This document shows positions 1 through 8,736 of a stretch of DNA of 64,000 bases, one piece after another. Both the position numbers and the translations under genes were made by a program. The notes beneath the pieces are model-generated. The model did no database searches. It was given only the letters and a program-made list of their open reading frames with translations, and was not told where the DNA came from. Source of the stretch: Candidatus Uhrbacteria bacterium (GTDB lineage Bacteria > Patescibacteriota > Patescibacteriia > UBA9934 > GWF2-40-263); assembly GCA_016188475.1 (NCBI GenBank), contig JACPHT010000008.1:150192-214191 (forward strand). The letters run 5' to 3'. Each line of letters opens with the position of its first letter. The stretch's first letter is position 1.

Positions 1-231
1 AGTTTGAGAAAAAACTGGAATTTTTTTTTTATCAATCAATAAAAAATCTTTGCCGGCTTTGACTGAAACATTCCACTCGCGAAATACAGAATCGTATTTG
101 AGCAAATGCGCGAGAATTTTTGGTTCGGTTAAATCATTGATCGCGACAAACTCGATACCTTTTCTTTTCCAACCGACTTTAAGTGTTGTGCGGCCAATTC
201 GGCCAAAACCATTGATTGCGATGCGGAGCAT
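1..231 (-). CDS. gap: glyceraldehyde-3-phosphate dehydrogenase, N-terminal part; the gene runs off the window start
   Basis: Reverse-strand translation from ATG at 231 gives MLRIAINGFGRIGRTTLKVGWKRKGIEFVAINDL...LAHLLKYDS, the GAPDH NAD-binding N-terminus. It is missing from the ORF track because there is no in-window stop. Confidence 0.8.
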   Translation of the reverse strand, partial: MLRIAINGFGRIGRTTLKVGWKRKGIEFVAINDLTEPKILAHLLKYDSVFREWNVSVKAGKDFLLIDKKKIPVFSQT

Positions 232-235
232 AAAG

Positions 236-290
236 AAAGAAGCTGAAGAAGTTAGAGAAGTTAAAGAAGCTGAAGAAGTTAAAGATATTT
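236..290. repeat. Copy of the acidic EAEEV/EAGEA 15-nt periodic DNA motif (GAAGCTGAAGAAGTT...), just upstream of the gap start
   Basis: Seen directly; the same nucleotide motif recurs at 10988-11050, 12065-12098, 32941-32995, 33172-33212, 33655-33690 and 63598-63655. Confidence 0.5.
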
Positions 291-302
291 TAACATAAGC
301 AA

Positions 303-326
303 TAAAAAAAGACCCGAGATTGGGTC
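303..326 (-). terminator. Intrinsic terminator for the minus-strand hypothetical gene
   Basis: Hairpin GACCC-gagatt-GGGTC at 311-326 with an A-run at 303-310, which is a U-run on the minus transcript. It lies immediately downstream of the stop at 335. Confidence 0.4.
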
Positions 327-334
327 CAAGTGCC

Positions 335-958
335 TTACTTGCGAATGAACAGGAACCTGCGGTCAGCGCGCCACCCGTAGCCGAACCAGTTGTTGTTGAA
401 GATCCGCCTGTTAGAGTCGCCGCACAGCTCCGCAACACACTGAGCGCCACCACTCGTCGCGAACGAACCTAGAGCTAAGATGGAGAACTTACGCTGAAGA
501 TCAGGATGTTCCTTCTGGAATGCGTATGCCTCGATGTGAGTTGCGGGACGATAGCCAAGATTGTCCATCTCTGCGATTGCTTCCTCGGATTCGACCTTCT
601 TGTTGAAGTGCTGTACAAGGAAAACTTTCCCACCAGAGACTTCAGCGATGTTGAGATACGATGGGTGCTTCCTAAACTCTATGTCGTCGAAGATTCTTGA
701 AACGTTCCCTTTTCCGAACTCATTCTCAAGCTCGGAGAAAGACGGAAGTGGAGCGTAGGAGACATGGACAAAATACTCATTTACGCCGAGTGACTTTTTC
801 TGAGCGACTTCTGGTTTCTCGTATCGCACAAGAAAAGCCTCAAGCTCTGTCAGAAATCCGTCTTTGTTTACAAGAACTCCTGCACGATTGAACAGAGCGA
901 AGTTTTGAACTATTCCAGGCATGCCTTCACCGCCTGTCGCGTTCACACGTTCCTGCAA
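335..958 (-). CDS. Hypothetical protein (GC-richer than its surroundings). Its original 5' end (RBS, ATG and first 4 codons) is separated from the body by the IS insertion.
   Basis: 207-aa ORF. If the IS is deleted, the reading frame continues to ATG at 1975-1977 (M-S-R-Y-S-Y-P-A-W-D-K-D-L-Q-E-R-V...), preceded by GGAGG. Confidence 0.45.
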   Translation of the reverse strand: MQERVNATGGEGMPGIVQNFALFNRAGVLVNKDGFLTELEAFLVRYEKPEVAQKKSLGVNEYFVHVSYAPLPSFSELENEFGKGNVSRIFDDIEFRKHPSYLNIAEVSGGKVFLVQHFNKKVESEEAIAEMDNLGYRPATHIEAYAFQKEHPDLQRKFSILALGSFATSGGAQCVAELCGDSNRRIFNNNWFGYGWRADRRFLFIRK

Positions 959-987
959 ATCCTTGTCCCATGCAGGATAACTGTACC

Positions 988-1965
988 TGTACAGTAACCC
1001 TTCAAGGGTGACAGTTTAGTGGGTTAGGGAGAGATATTTCTCATAAGGAGTAAGACCGTCCATGCCTTTTCCAAGGTGTGGTCTTTGGTTGTTATACCAA
1101 TTTGTATATTGAGAAATGGTTTTCCAAGGACGGTTGAAGTTTAGATAGAACTCATCATCAACGGAACGATTAGCACGTTCAACCTTTCCATTCCATGGAG
1201 CAGAACGTTTAGGAATATAACGATGAGGAATGTTTCGTTTTGTGAGGTAGTTATGGAAACATCCTCGAAACTCTCCTCCGTTATCTGTTTGAATCCATGT
1301 AATGGAGAAAGGTAGTGAACGCTCGGCTCTAAGTAGCGCCTGAATACTCATCTGTGCTGTCTTAAGTGGAAGTGTCACAGAATACTGCATGTTTGTAACA
1401 GTATCTACAAAACGGAACTGATAGTTCCACCATCCTTCACCATCTGGCACATATTTCACATCTAATTGCACGTTTTCTCCTGGATTTGTTGCTTTGTATG
1501 GTTTCTCCATTGGGTTATACCAAATCTGCTTCTTTTGAGGCTTACGGATGAGATGTTTCTTTTTCATGAACCTGTAAATGTTCTTGGCAGATATCTCGAC
1601 TCCTGTTTCACGCTTAAGGTACACACGCATCTTCTCTGGACCATAATTGTACTTCTCTTTAGCCTCAACAAGCAGAACACGAACTCTGTCTTTAATCTTT
1701 GTGTGTGGATGTTCTCTTCTGTTCTTATATCTGTTTCCAAGAAAACCGTGATCACGCTTGTACCATTTGTAATAGGTCTTTCTTGAGATCCCATAAATAT
1801 CGCATACTTCAGGAACATTCATTCCTTTTACTTCTACCTGACGGTACCAACGGAATCTAAACTCACGAGGAGCTGCTGGGGTATGATTTTTAGGCATATT
1901 TCAAGGGAGTTACCCTTTGTTACCCCTAACCTAGCAGATTGTCACCTCATAAGGGTAACTGTACA
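988..1965 (-). mobile_element. Complete IS481-family insertion sequence, 978 bp
   Basis: 15-bp terminal inverted repeats TGTACAGT(A/T)ACCCTT at 988-1002 and 1951-1965; 5-bp direct duplication GTACC at 983-987 and 1966-1970; single DDE transposase ORF inside. Confidence 0.8.
1016..1897 (-). CDS. IS481-family DDE transposase (HTH plus rve integrase core)
   Basis: 293 aa with an N-terminal HTH region and the motifs WQTDNGGEF and NGKVERANRSV typical of the rve core. Confidence 0.85.
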   Translation of the reverse strand: MPKNHTPAAPREFRFRWYRQVEVKGMNVPEVCDIYGISRKTYYKWYKRDHGFLGNRYKNRREHPHTKIKDRVRVLLVEAKEKYNYGPEKMRVYLKRETGVEISAKNIYRFMKKKHLIRKPQKKQIWYNPMEKPYKATNPGENVQLDVKYVPDGEGWWNYQFRFVDTVTNMQYSVTLPLKTAQMSIQALLRAERSLPFSITWIQTDNGGEFRGCFHNYLTKRNIPHRYIPKRSAPWNGKVERANRSVDDEFYLNFNRPWKTISQYTNWYNNQRPHLGKGMDGLTPYEKYLSLTH

Positions 1966-2171
1966 GTACCTTGACATTTTCGATCCTCCGTATTGCCGGT
2001 TATCTTTGGATTAACAACTGCAAATCAGCCGTCTCTCCTATCCCGACAAACAAAGCACACGTCGCGCGCTGTGGCACAATACCCCAGCCAAACGACAATT
2101 AAAAATAACAAAAACCGACTGTTTTGTCAACAGCCGATCATCCAAATTTTATACCCTGAGCTGGTCTCCCG

Positions 2172-2215
2172 TGAGCTTGTCCAGTTAGAAGCGTCGCTTC
2201 TAACTGGACTTGTCG
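2172..2215 (-). terminator. 14-bp perfect hairpin downstream of tsf; probable terminator of the rpsB-tsf unit
   Basis: gtccagttagaagc-gtc-gcttctaactggac seen directly; only a weak U-run follows. Confidence 0.3.
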
Positions 2216-2286
2216 AACGGTCGAAGGGATAAAATTTGGTTTATCCGTTTACAGCCTTCGACTGGCTCAGGCAATAATTACCGAAG

Positions 2287-2874
2287 TCAAATACTCAACC
2301 TGCAAAACCTCTTAATCTGCATGTTCTCTCCAAGAGATGCGATTTTTTCTTTCAAATATTCTTCAATGGTTTTTTCCTCATCTTTGATAAACGGCTGTTC
2401 CAAAAGCGCGATCTCTGAAAACCATTTGTTCAATTTTCCTTCAATTATTTTTTCCATCACGTCTTTCGGCTTTGACTGGCCTGCCATTTCTTCAAGATAA
2501 ATTTGTTTTTCTTTTTCAACCATATCAACTGGAACATCGGCGCGCGAAACATACAACGGATCGCTCGCGCTCACATGCATTGCTATATCATTGCAAAAAT
2601 CAACGAACACTTCATTGCGCGCGACAAAATCCGTTTCACACAAAACCTCAACAAGCGCGCCGAGTTTTCCATTTGAATGAATGTAAGCATGCACTCGCCC
2701 TTCGTGAGTTTCGCGTTCAGATTTTTTCGCGGCTTTCACAACACCTTTTTTACGCAATATCTCTGCGGCTTTTTCTAAATCCCCGCCAGACTCTTCAAGA
2801 GAAGTTTTGGCATCCATCATTCCAGCGCCTGTTTGCGCGCGAAGTTGAGCTACAAGTTTGGCATCGATTGACAT
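2287..2874 (-). CDS. tsf: elongation factor Ts (short form)
   Basis: N-terminal UBA-like MSIDAKLVAQLRAQTGAGMMDAKTSLEESGGDLEKAAEILRKKG; sits downstream of rpsB as usual. Confidence 0.9.
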   Translation of the reverse strand: MSIDAKLVAQLRAQTGAGMMDAKTSLEESGGDLEKAAEILRKKGVVKAAKKSERETHEGRVHAYIHSNGKLGALVEVLCETDFVARNEVFVDFCNDIAMHVSASDPLYVSRADVPVDMVEKEKQIYLEEMAGQSKPKDVMEKIIEGKLNKWFSEIALLEQPFIKDEEKTIEEYLKEKIASLGENMQIKRFCRLSI

Positions 2875-2890
2875 ATAGAGAAATGTCTAA

Positions 2891-2914
2891 AAGGTCCGAA
2901 AGGACCGAGAGGTC
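2891..2914. repeat. 9-bp repeat-family copy (GGTCCGAAAGGACCGAGAGGTC) in the rpsB-tsf intergenic region; it forms GNRA mini-hairpins
   Basis: Seen directly. Confidence 0.5.
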
Positions 2915-2937
2915 AAAAAAACTAAGAAGACAAAAAA

Positions 2938-3660
2938 TTAAACTTCGATTGGTTTTGCTTTTGGAGCCATAACTGTTGCTGTTGCTTTTCCTTCTTTCAC
3001 AGCTTCGCACACAGCTTTACACAAAAGTTCGATTCCTTTTACCGAATCATCGTTTGCAGGAATAATGTAATCAACGCCTTCAGGATTTACATTTGTGTCG
3101 CAAACAGCAAAAACTTTAGTTCCTGTGTCGTTTGCTTCACGGATTGATGTCCGTTCAGTGCGAATATCAATCACGAACAAAGCCTCTGGAATTTTCGTAA
3201 GCGACTCGATTCCTCCGATTCGTTTTTCCATGTCAGCAATTTCCCACTGAATCATGAGTTGTTCTTTCTTTGTATATTTTCGAAGTTCACCTTTGTCGCG
3301 TTGATCTTTCAAAGACTTAAAACGCTTAAGCGTTTCTTTGATTTGCCTAAAGTTAGTGAGTGTTCCGCCAAGCCATCGTTCAGTTACAAACGGCATTCCA
3401 CAGCTTTCCGCGTATTTTCGAACGATCGGAGCGGCTTGAGTTTTTGTTCCGACAAATAAAACGATTCCACCGCGAGAAACAATTTGCTTCATCTGTTCCA
3501 AAGCTTGATCAAGAAGTTTTTGAGTTTCTTCAAGATTAATAATATGCACACCACTGCGTTCACCAAAAATGAACGGTTTCATTTTCGGATGCCAACGTGA
3601 AGTGCTATGACCAAAGTGCATGCCCGCTTTGAGCATGTCGATGAGTGAAGGTTTGTTCAT
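2938..3660 (-). CDS. rpsB: 30S ribosomal protein S2
   Basis: MNKPSLIDMLKAGMHFGHSTSRWHPKMKPFIFGERSGVHIINL... Confidence 0.95.
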   Translation of the reverse strand: MNKPSLIDMLKAGMHFGHSTSRWHPKMKPFIFGERSGVHIINLEETQKLLDQALEQMKQIVSRGGIVLFVGTKTQAAPIVRKYAESCGMPFVTERWLGGTLTNFRQIKETLKRFKSLKDQRDKGELRKYTKKEQLMIQWEIADMEKRIGGIESLTKIPEALFVIDIRTERTSIREANDTGTKVFAVCDTNVNPEGVDYIIPANDDSVKGIELLCKAVCEAVKEGKATATVMAPKAKPIEV

Positions 3661-4021
3661 AAAATTTCTCCTTTTAGCTTTGATGGATAGATACGCGCCC
3701 GTTATTTACGGGAGGAGGCATACCCATTTATTCCACCTGTTTATATAGACATCACATCCAAAATCGTACTTAATAACCCATTAAAATTGCGACTGGCTTG
3801 TGTTTCACTTAGAAAAATCCTCAATGTATCTACAGATACATTTGCGGTTTTTCTAAGTTGCAAAACCGCGCCATTCATCAATTTTTCTTGTGTTCTAAGT
3901 ATGATTTTGGAATGTGATGTCTATAGTTGATTAATGCCGGCAGTGTAGTGATTTTTGAAAAAAGTGTCAAGGGAAAAGCCAAAAGTCAGAAACTCAAAAA
4001 TTTGATATACTATTTTCATAT

Positions 4022-4787
4022 GATTACAAACTTAAACGAACACAAATTTCTTCGTGTATTAAGCGCGCTTGTTCTTGTCATGCTATCTTTGTTTCTTATT
4101 TTCAAAACTTGGCAAACACTACGCGAGGCAATACAGGTTGGCAAACCAACACCGAACGAGTTCACAATCAGCGTTGATGGTGTTGGTAGAGCAGAAATAA
4201 AACCTGATATTGCAAAGGTTACGTTTTCTGTTGAAACAAGAGAAAAAACCCTTGAAGTTGCGCAAAACAAAAATTCAGAAAATATGAATGCTCTGATTGA
4301 AAAAGTTAAATCACTCGATATTGACAAAAAAGATATTCAAACAAGCACCTACAACGCTTACGAAGAAAAAAAATACGATCCGCAAACTGGAACTTATGGG
4401 AACACAATCAATTGGGTCGTTAATCAAAGTATCGATTTGACAATCCGTGATCTTGAAAAAGTTTCGTCCGTTTTAGAAATAGTGGGACAAAACGGCGCAA
4501 CAAATATCTCTGGACCAAATTTTGCTGTTGAAAACGATCAGACTGCTCTTGATGAAGCGCGTCTTGCCGCAATCGCTGACGCAAAATCACGCGCACAAAC
4601 AATCGCCGAACAACTAGGTGTCAAACTGCGATCACCAATAAGTTACACTGAATGGAAAGATGGGGGCGGAATAATTTATTCCAACACTGCAAAAGCAGAA
4701 AGCGTGTCTGCCACACCACCTACAATTGAAGAAGGCCAAGAACAAGTCACGGTTCACGTTAGTATTAGTTACGCGATCAAACAATAA
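4022..4787 (+). CDS. SIMPL-domain (DUF541) protein with an N-terminal TM anchor
   Basis: Good overall resemblance to SIMPL/26 kDa periplasmic immunogenic proteins; the start was chosen at the internal M ahead of the hydrophobic segment (the track ORF starts at 3927). Confidence 0.55.
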
Positions 4788-5877
4788 ACATCGCGTCGCC
4801 AAAGGAAAAAAATCTGTATTTTTGAGCGACCGCTTCTTTGTACGCGCGCAAAACATTTTCTCTTCCAACAAAAGCTGAAACCAAAACCAACAATGTTGAT
4901 TTTGGTAAATGAAAATTCGTGATAAGTCCATCAATTATTTTGAAATCAAAACCTGGTTTGATAAATAAATTAACGTCACCTGTAAATGCGATAAAAGATC
5001 CTTCGCGGAGCTTACCCTGAGCAAAGTCGAAGGGCTCAGGATGACAACAAGAGGAAGCAACACCTTCAAGAGTCCGAACCGTTGTCGTTCCAACCGCGAT
5101 CACACGCCGTTTTTCTTTTTTTGCTTGATTGATTCGATCTGCAGTTTCTTTTGAAATCGAAACAAACTCGCTGTGCATTTCATGTTCTTCGATCGTTGCT
5201 GTTTTCATTGGACGAAAAGTTCCGATTCCAACATGAAGCGTTACAAATTCAAACTGAACGCCTTTTGATTTTAATTTTTCCATGAGATTTTCAGTGAAAT
5301 GAAACCCGGCTGTTGGCGCAGCAACAGAACCTGCCTCTTTTGCGTAAATGGTTTGATAATCTTCCAATCGCTCCGGCTTATTTTTGACGTAAGGAGGAAT
5401 CGGAATTTCGCCGTACTCATTTGCAAAAACGATAACGTCTTCTGGCGCGCGATCAAACTTCACTAAAACTATTCCGTCTGACTTTTTTTCAAAAACTTCA
5501 CAACAAAGTTTTTTAATCCCGTATTCGAGACAAATTGTCTGGCCGACTTGCACTTTTCTTCCTGGCCGCGCCATTGTTTCCCAAACATTATTTTCCCGAG
5601 CGCGCAACAAAAATATCTCAATCTCTGCTTTGACCTTTCCGACCTCTCGGTCATTTCCGACCTTTCCAATCATTCTTGCTCGAAAAACTTTCGTATCATT
5701 AAACACAAGTACGTCGCCTTCTTTAAGTTCATCAACAATCTCAAAAAATTTCTTGTGCTTCAACTTCCCTGTTTGCCTATCTAAAACCATTAGACGAGAA
5801 TGGTCGCGCGGCAAAATCGAATGTTGAGCAATCAATTCTTTTGGAAGATGATAATTGAATTCTTCAATTTGAGTCAT
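4777..5877 (-). CDS. queA: S-adenosylmethionine:tRNA ribosyltransferase-isomerase
   Basis: MTQIEEFNYHLPKELIAQHSILPRDHSRLMVLDR...VGTTTVRTLE; it carries an in-frame 9-bp repeat insertion at 5632-5667. Confidence 0.85.
   Translation of the reverse strand: MTQIEEFNYHLPKELIAQHSILPRDHSRLMVLDRQTGKLKHKKFFEIVDELKEGDVLVFNDTKVFRARMIGKVGNDREVGKVKAEIEIFLLRARENNVWETMARPGRKVQVGQTICLEYGIKKLCCEVFEKKSDGIVLVKFDRAPEDVIVFANEYGEIPIPPYVKNKPERLEDYQTIYAKEAGSVAAPTAGFHFTENLMEKLKSKGVQFEFVTLHVGIGTFRPMKTATIEEHEMHSEFVSISKETADRINQAKKEKRRVIAVGTTTVRTLEGVASSCCHPEPFDFAQGKLREGSFIAFTGDVNLFIKPGFDFKIIDGLITNFHLPKSTLLVLVSAFVGRENVLRAYKEAVAQKYRFFSFGDAMFIV
5632..5667. repeat. (GGTCGGAAA)n-family tandem repeat, in frame inside queA (encodes GKVGNDREVGKV)
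   Basis: Seen directly. Confidence 0.6.
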
Positions 5878-5938
5878 AATATGATGAATTTTCAAACTAT
5901 TGACAATCTTAGCCTGTATTGTTAATCTGCGCACGGAT

Positions 5939-6220
5939 ATGAAAAAAGCCATTCACCCAGAATTTTACGATGATGCGAAAATAACTTGCGCATGCGGAAC
6001 TGTCTACGAGGTCGGCTCAACAGAGCAAGAGATTGATGTTGAATTGTGCGCGGCATGTCATCCATTCTACACTGGAGAACAAAAGATCATTGACACAGCT
6101 CGACGTGTTGAGAAATACAAAGCACGTTCAGCGCTAAAAACAACAAAAACAACCGGAAAGAAAGTGAAGCGTGAAAAACGAGCAACTCAAAAAACAGCAA
6201 AACGAGCAAAAGAAGCTTAA
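5939..6220 (+). CDS. rpmE: 50S ribosomal protein L31 with a Lys-rich C-terminal tail
   Basis: MKKAIHPEFYDDAKITCACGTVYEVGSTEQEIDVELCAACHPFYTG. Confidence 0.9.
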   Translation: MKKAIHPEFYDDAKITCACGTVYEVGSTEQEIDVELCAACHPFYTGEQKIIDTARRVEKYKARSALKTTKTTGKKVKREKRATQKTAKRAKEA

Positions 6221-6330
6221 CAAAACCAAAAGCGTCTCTCACTTTGTGAAAGGCGCTTTTATGTTATTATTAAAATAATAAAATCCCTTACCACTCGCCC
6301 CTTTTCACTCGCCCACTGTCTTCAAAAACT

Positions 6331-7398
6331 ATGTCCCTACTCGATAAACTACAATCTACAAAAAACCGATTTCAAGAACTCGAATCGCAACTCTCTGCGC
6401 CCGAGATTCTTTCAAATCCAAAAAAACTGCGTGAGGTTAATGAAGAATACTCGGATCTAAAAGAAGTTATTGACATTGCAAAGCGGTATGAAAAAGTGCT
6501 GGCGGATTTAAACGGAGCAAAAGAAACTCTCAAAGAATCAACAGACGAACAAATGCGCGAATTAGCTCAAACTGAAATCGAAACCTTGGAGGCCAGACTT
6601 CCATCGCTTGAAAGAGAGCTCCTGTATTCTCTTATTTCACCTGATCCAATGGATAAAAAAAATACGATTGTTGAAATTCGAGCTGGCGCAGGAGGAGATG
6701 AGGCCTCGCTTTTTGCGGCAGAACTTATGCGTATGTATATGCTCTACGCAGAGCAACAAGGATGGAAAACAGAACTCATTTCCTCAAATAGAAACGAAAT
6801 CGGGGGATTTAAAGAAATCATTTTGACAATCAAAGGTCACAATGTTTATAGCCGGCTCAAATACGAAAGCGGAGTACATAGAGTTCAACGAGTGCCAGAA
6901 ACCGAAAAACAAGGTCGTGTGCATACTTCAACTGTAACAGTCGCAATCTTGCCTGAAGCGGAAGAAATAGATGTACAAATCAAACCTGAAGATTTAAACA
7001 TTGAAGCAACAACAGCAGGTGGCCATGGCGGACAAAGCGTTAACACAACCTACTCGGCAATACGCATCACTCACATTCCAACTGGAATAATGGCGTCTTG
7101 CCAAGAAGAACGTTCACAAAAACAAAACAAAGAACGCGCTCTTTCAATTATTCGCGCGCGTGTGTTTGCTTTTGAACAAGAAAAAGCTCACAAGGAACGC
7201 GTAGAAGCGAGAAAAGGACAAATCGGAACCGGAGACAGATCAGAAAAAATCCGAACATATAATTTTCCGCAAGATCGAATTACAGACCATCGAATAAATG
7301 AAAACTTTCACAATATCACCGCTTTTATGAACGGCGGACTTGATGAATTGTTCGCGGCGTTGAAAGAAGCCGAGGTTGCGGAACAATTAGATCAATAA
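6331..7398 (+). CDS. prfA: peptide chain release factor 1
   Basis: GGQ motif (GGHGGQSVNTT) and RVPETE (the RF1 PxT region). Confidence 0.9.
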   Translation: MSLLDKLQSTKNRFQELESQLSAPEILSNPKKLREVNEEYSDLKEVIDIAKRYEKVLADLNGAKETLKESTDEQMRELAQTEIETLEARLPSLERELLYSLISPDPMDKKNTIVEIRAGAGGDEASLFAAELMRMYMLYAEQQGWKTELISSNRNEIGGFKEIILTIKGHNVYSRLKYESGVHRVQRVPETEKQGRVHTSTVTVAILPEAEEIDVQIKPEDLNIEATTAGGHGGQSVNTTYSAIRITHIPTGIMASCQEERSQKQNKERALSIIRARVFAFEQEKAHKERVEARKGQIGTGDRSEKIRTYNFPQDRITDHRINENFHNITAFMNGGLDELFAALKEAEVAEQLDQ

Positions 7399-7436
7399 AG
7401 AGCGTGTTTTGAAGAAACAGACTGACGACTTCTACA

Positions 7437-7518
7437 AAAGAGCGGTTGTATCGTGTCGTAGGGAACAACGGCGACAGTCCGATGGCCCGGAGACACGATA
7501 CAACCGCTCTTTTTTAAC
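7437..7518 (+). repeat. Long-stem hairpin element, copy 1, with conserved core GTCGTAGGGAACAACGGCGACAGTCCGATGGCCCGGAGAC; followed by a T-run, so it is a likely prfA terminator
   Basis: A ~20-bp stem (aagagcggttgtatcgtgtc / gacacgatacaaccgctctt) encloses the conserved core, then ttttttaacc. Confidence 0.6.
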
Positions 7519-7519
7519 C

Positions 7520-7541
7520 TTATCCACTGAATTGTGGATAA
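7520..7541. promoter_or_regulatory. Inverted pair of DnaA-box-like 9-mers (TTATCCAC-tgaatt-GTGGATAA), immediately upstream of the ncRNA promoter
   Basis: The minus strand reads TTATCCACA, a perfect DnaA-box consensus; the plus-strand half matches 8/9. Confidence 0.35.
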
Positions 7542-7549
7542 CTCAACTC

Positions 7550-7578
7550 TTGACATGTATTTTAAGTGGTAGTAAATT
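7550..7578 (+). promoter_or_regulatory. Sigma70-like promoter (TTGACA, 17 bp spacer, TAAATT) driving the GC-rich noncoding region
   Basis: Seen directly. Confidence 0.45.
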
Positions 7579-7584
7579 AGACGT

Positions 7585-8736
7585 TACCGTCAGTCAAGGC
7601 AACGCAAGTTGCAATGGCAGACAAGGCCTTCTTCGGAAGGCTGAGCCCCCCTTCGGGGAGATCGCGAAAAGGGCTGTACCGGTGCAAACTGGTCAAACCC
7701 TTCAAGCAAACGGCTCAAAAGAGCCGGCCGGCCTAAAACCGGATCATCCAGCGGAAACTTCGTCGCAAACACGTCTTTAAAAGATCCCGAAAGGGATTGA
7801 GATTCCAAGTAAAGATCCAGACTCCGAAAGGGGAAAAGATCTCAAAAAGGATCAAATAAGAATGTGGATGCGAAAAGCAAACAAAGCTGGACAAGTTGCG
7901 AAGCCCAAATGCTGGACAGAGGTTGGTCTTTCATCAGCCAAACGGAGCAACGGGTAACTCAAGCTCAAATGGCTGTTGATAGCCGATCGAAAACACATAA
8001 AAGGCTTCAAAAACTTGCGACTCGGTATATAAACCGGCGAAGGTCAGTGGTCCTCTTATCAGAGGATATCACTCAGCGAAAACCAGTGGTTCTTCGGAAC
8101 TCTAACGGTCGTAGCGTCTCAACGGGAAACCAATGAGAAGGAATAAATAGAGATAAGTCCTGTAAAAAGGATAAACTCTCCACCTGAGTGAGAAAAGAGC
8201 TTCGGCTCAACACCAGTGATCAGTCCATCTGAGGTTGAATTCCGCGTGTCTACTACTACTTGAATGCGCAAGCAAACAAGGAGCAGTGACAAAGGCGGAC
8301 TCCAGAGTAATCTGGATGTAGTGTCGAGAAATCGACATATATCAACACAGAGCCAATTCGACAACCGTTACAAGGTCTGGAGTCAAGGTGAAAACCTGAA
8401 ACTCAAGCCTAACAACCAGTTTTTTGGAGAAGCTCTTCGGGGCATCACCTTTAAACCAGTTGTGAAAGCAACAGCACCCTAGACGGAGCAACAAACGAAA
8501 GCGCGTTGTATGTCGAAAAGGAGTGGCCCGGGAGTAGGAATTAACTTGAAGTGATATATTGCGAAGTGTTTGGTGAGCGCCTTAACGGAGTTCCTGAACG
8601 CTGAACAGTGTTTCATCAATGGTTGATCCCTTCTCCCTGCCACTGGGCAAACCACATCTTCATGTCACTCTGATGGTCTCTACCATCTCTCCACCTCTTA
8701 ACGGCGCTCGGCTCCTCCGACGCCGTTCTTTTTTTA
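7585..8736 (+). ncRNA. Candidate large (~1.15 kb) highly structured ncRNA of unknown family
   Basis: No ORF longer than ~120 aa in any frame and markedly higher GC than its neighbours. Many short perfect stems are capped by UUCG or GNRA tetraloops (ccttcTTCGgaagg, ccccCTTCGgggg, gagcTTCGgctc, gttcTTCGgaac, atcccGAAAgggat, tgtcgaGAAAtcgaca, ggctcAAAAgagcc). It has its own promoter and ends at a strong intrinsic terminator. Confidence 0.55.
8700..8736 (+). terminator. Intrinsic terminator (aacggcgc-tcgg-ctcct-ccga-cgccgtt followed by T8)
   Basis: Seen directly. Confidence 0.6.

Noticed and set aside
50-298. Plus-strand 82-aa ORF
   Set aside because: It is antisense to the clearly recognisable gap N-terminus and to a repeat copy. 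Spurious.
2472-2972. 166-aa plus-strand ORF, and similar antisense ORFs inside tsf, dnaE, pheT, thrS, clpC and others
   Set aside because: They are embedded in the opposite strand of well-supported conserved genes. The low-complexity peptides arise from the 9-bp repeat (for example RSERTERSKK).
7409-8482. ORF-track ORFs 7409-7780, 7864-8136, 8119-8364 and 8264-8482 as protein-coding
   Set aside because: They are short, overlapping and in mixed frames and strands inside the tetraloop-rich region, with no recognisable protein features. They are better explained as chance ORFs in a GC-rich RNA gene.
7585-8736. rRNA fragment, RNase P RNA, tmRNA, 6S or group II intron
   Set aside because: I could not find the hallmark sequences: the 16S 530-loop, RNase P P4 GGAAAGTCCGG, the tmRNA tRNA-like end with TTCGAATCC/ANDENYALAA tag, or a domain V hairpin. 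No reverse-transcriptase ORF either.
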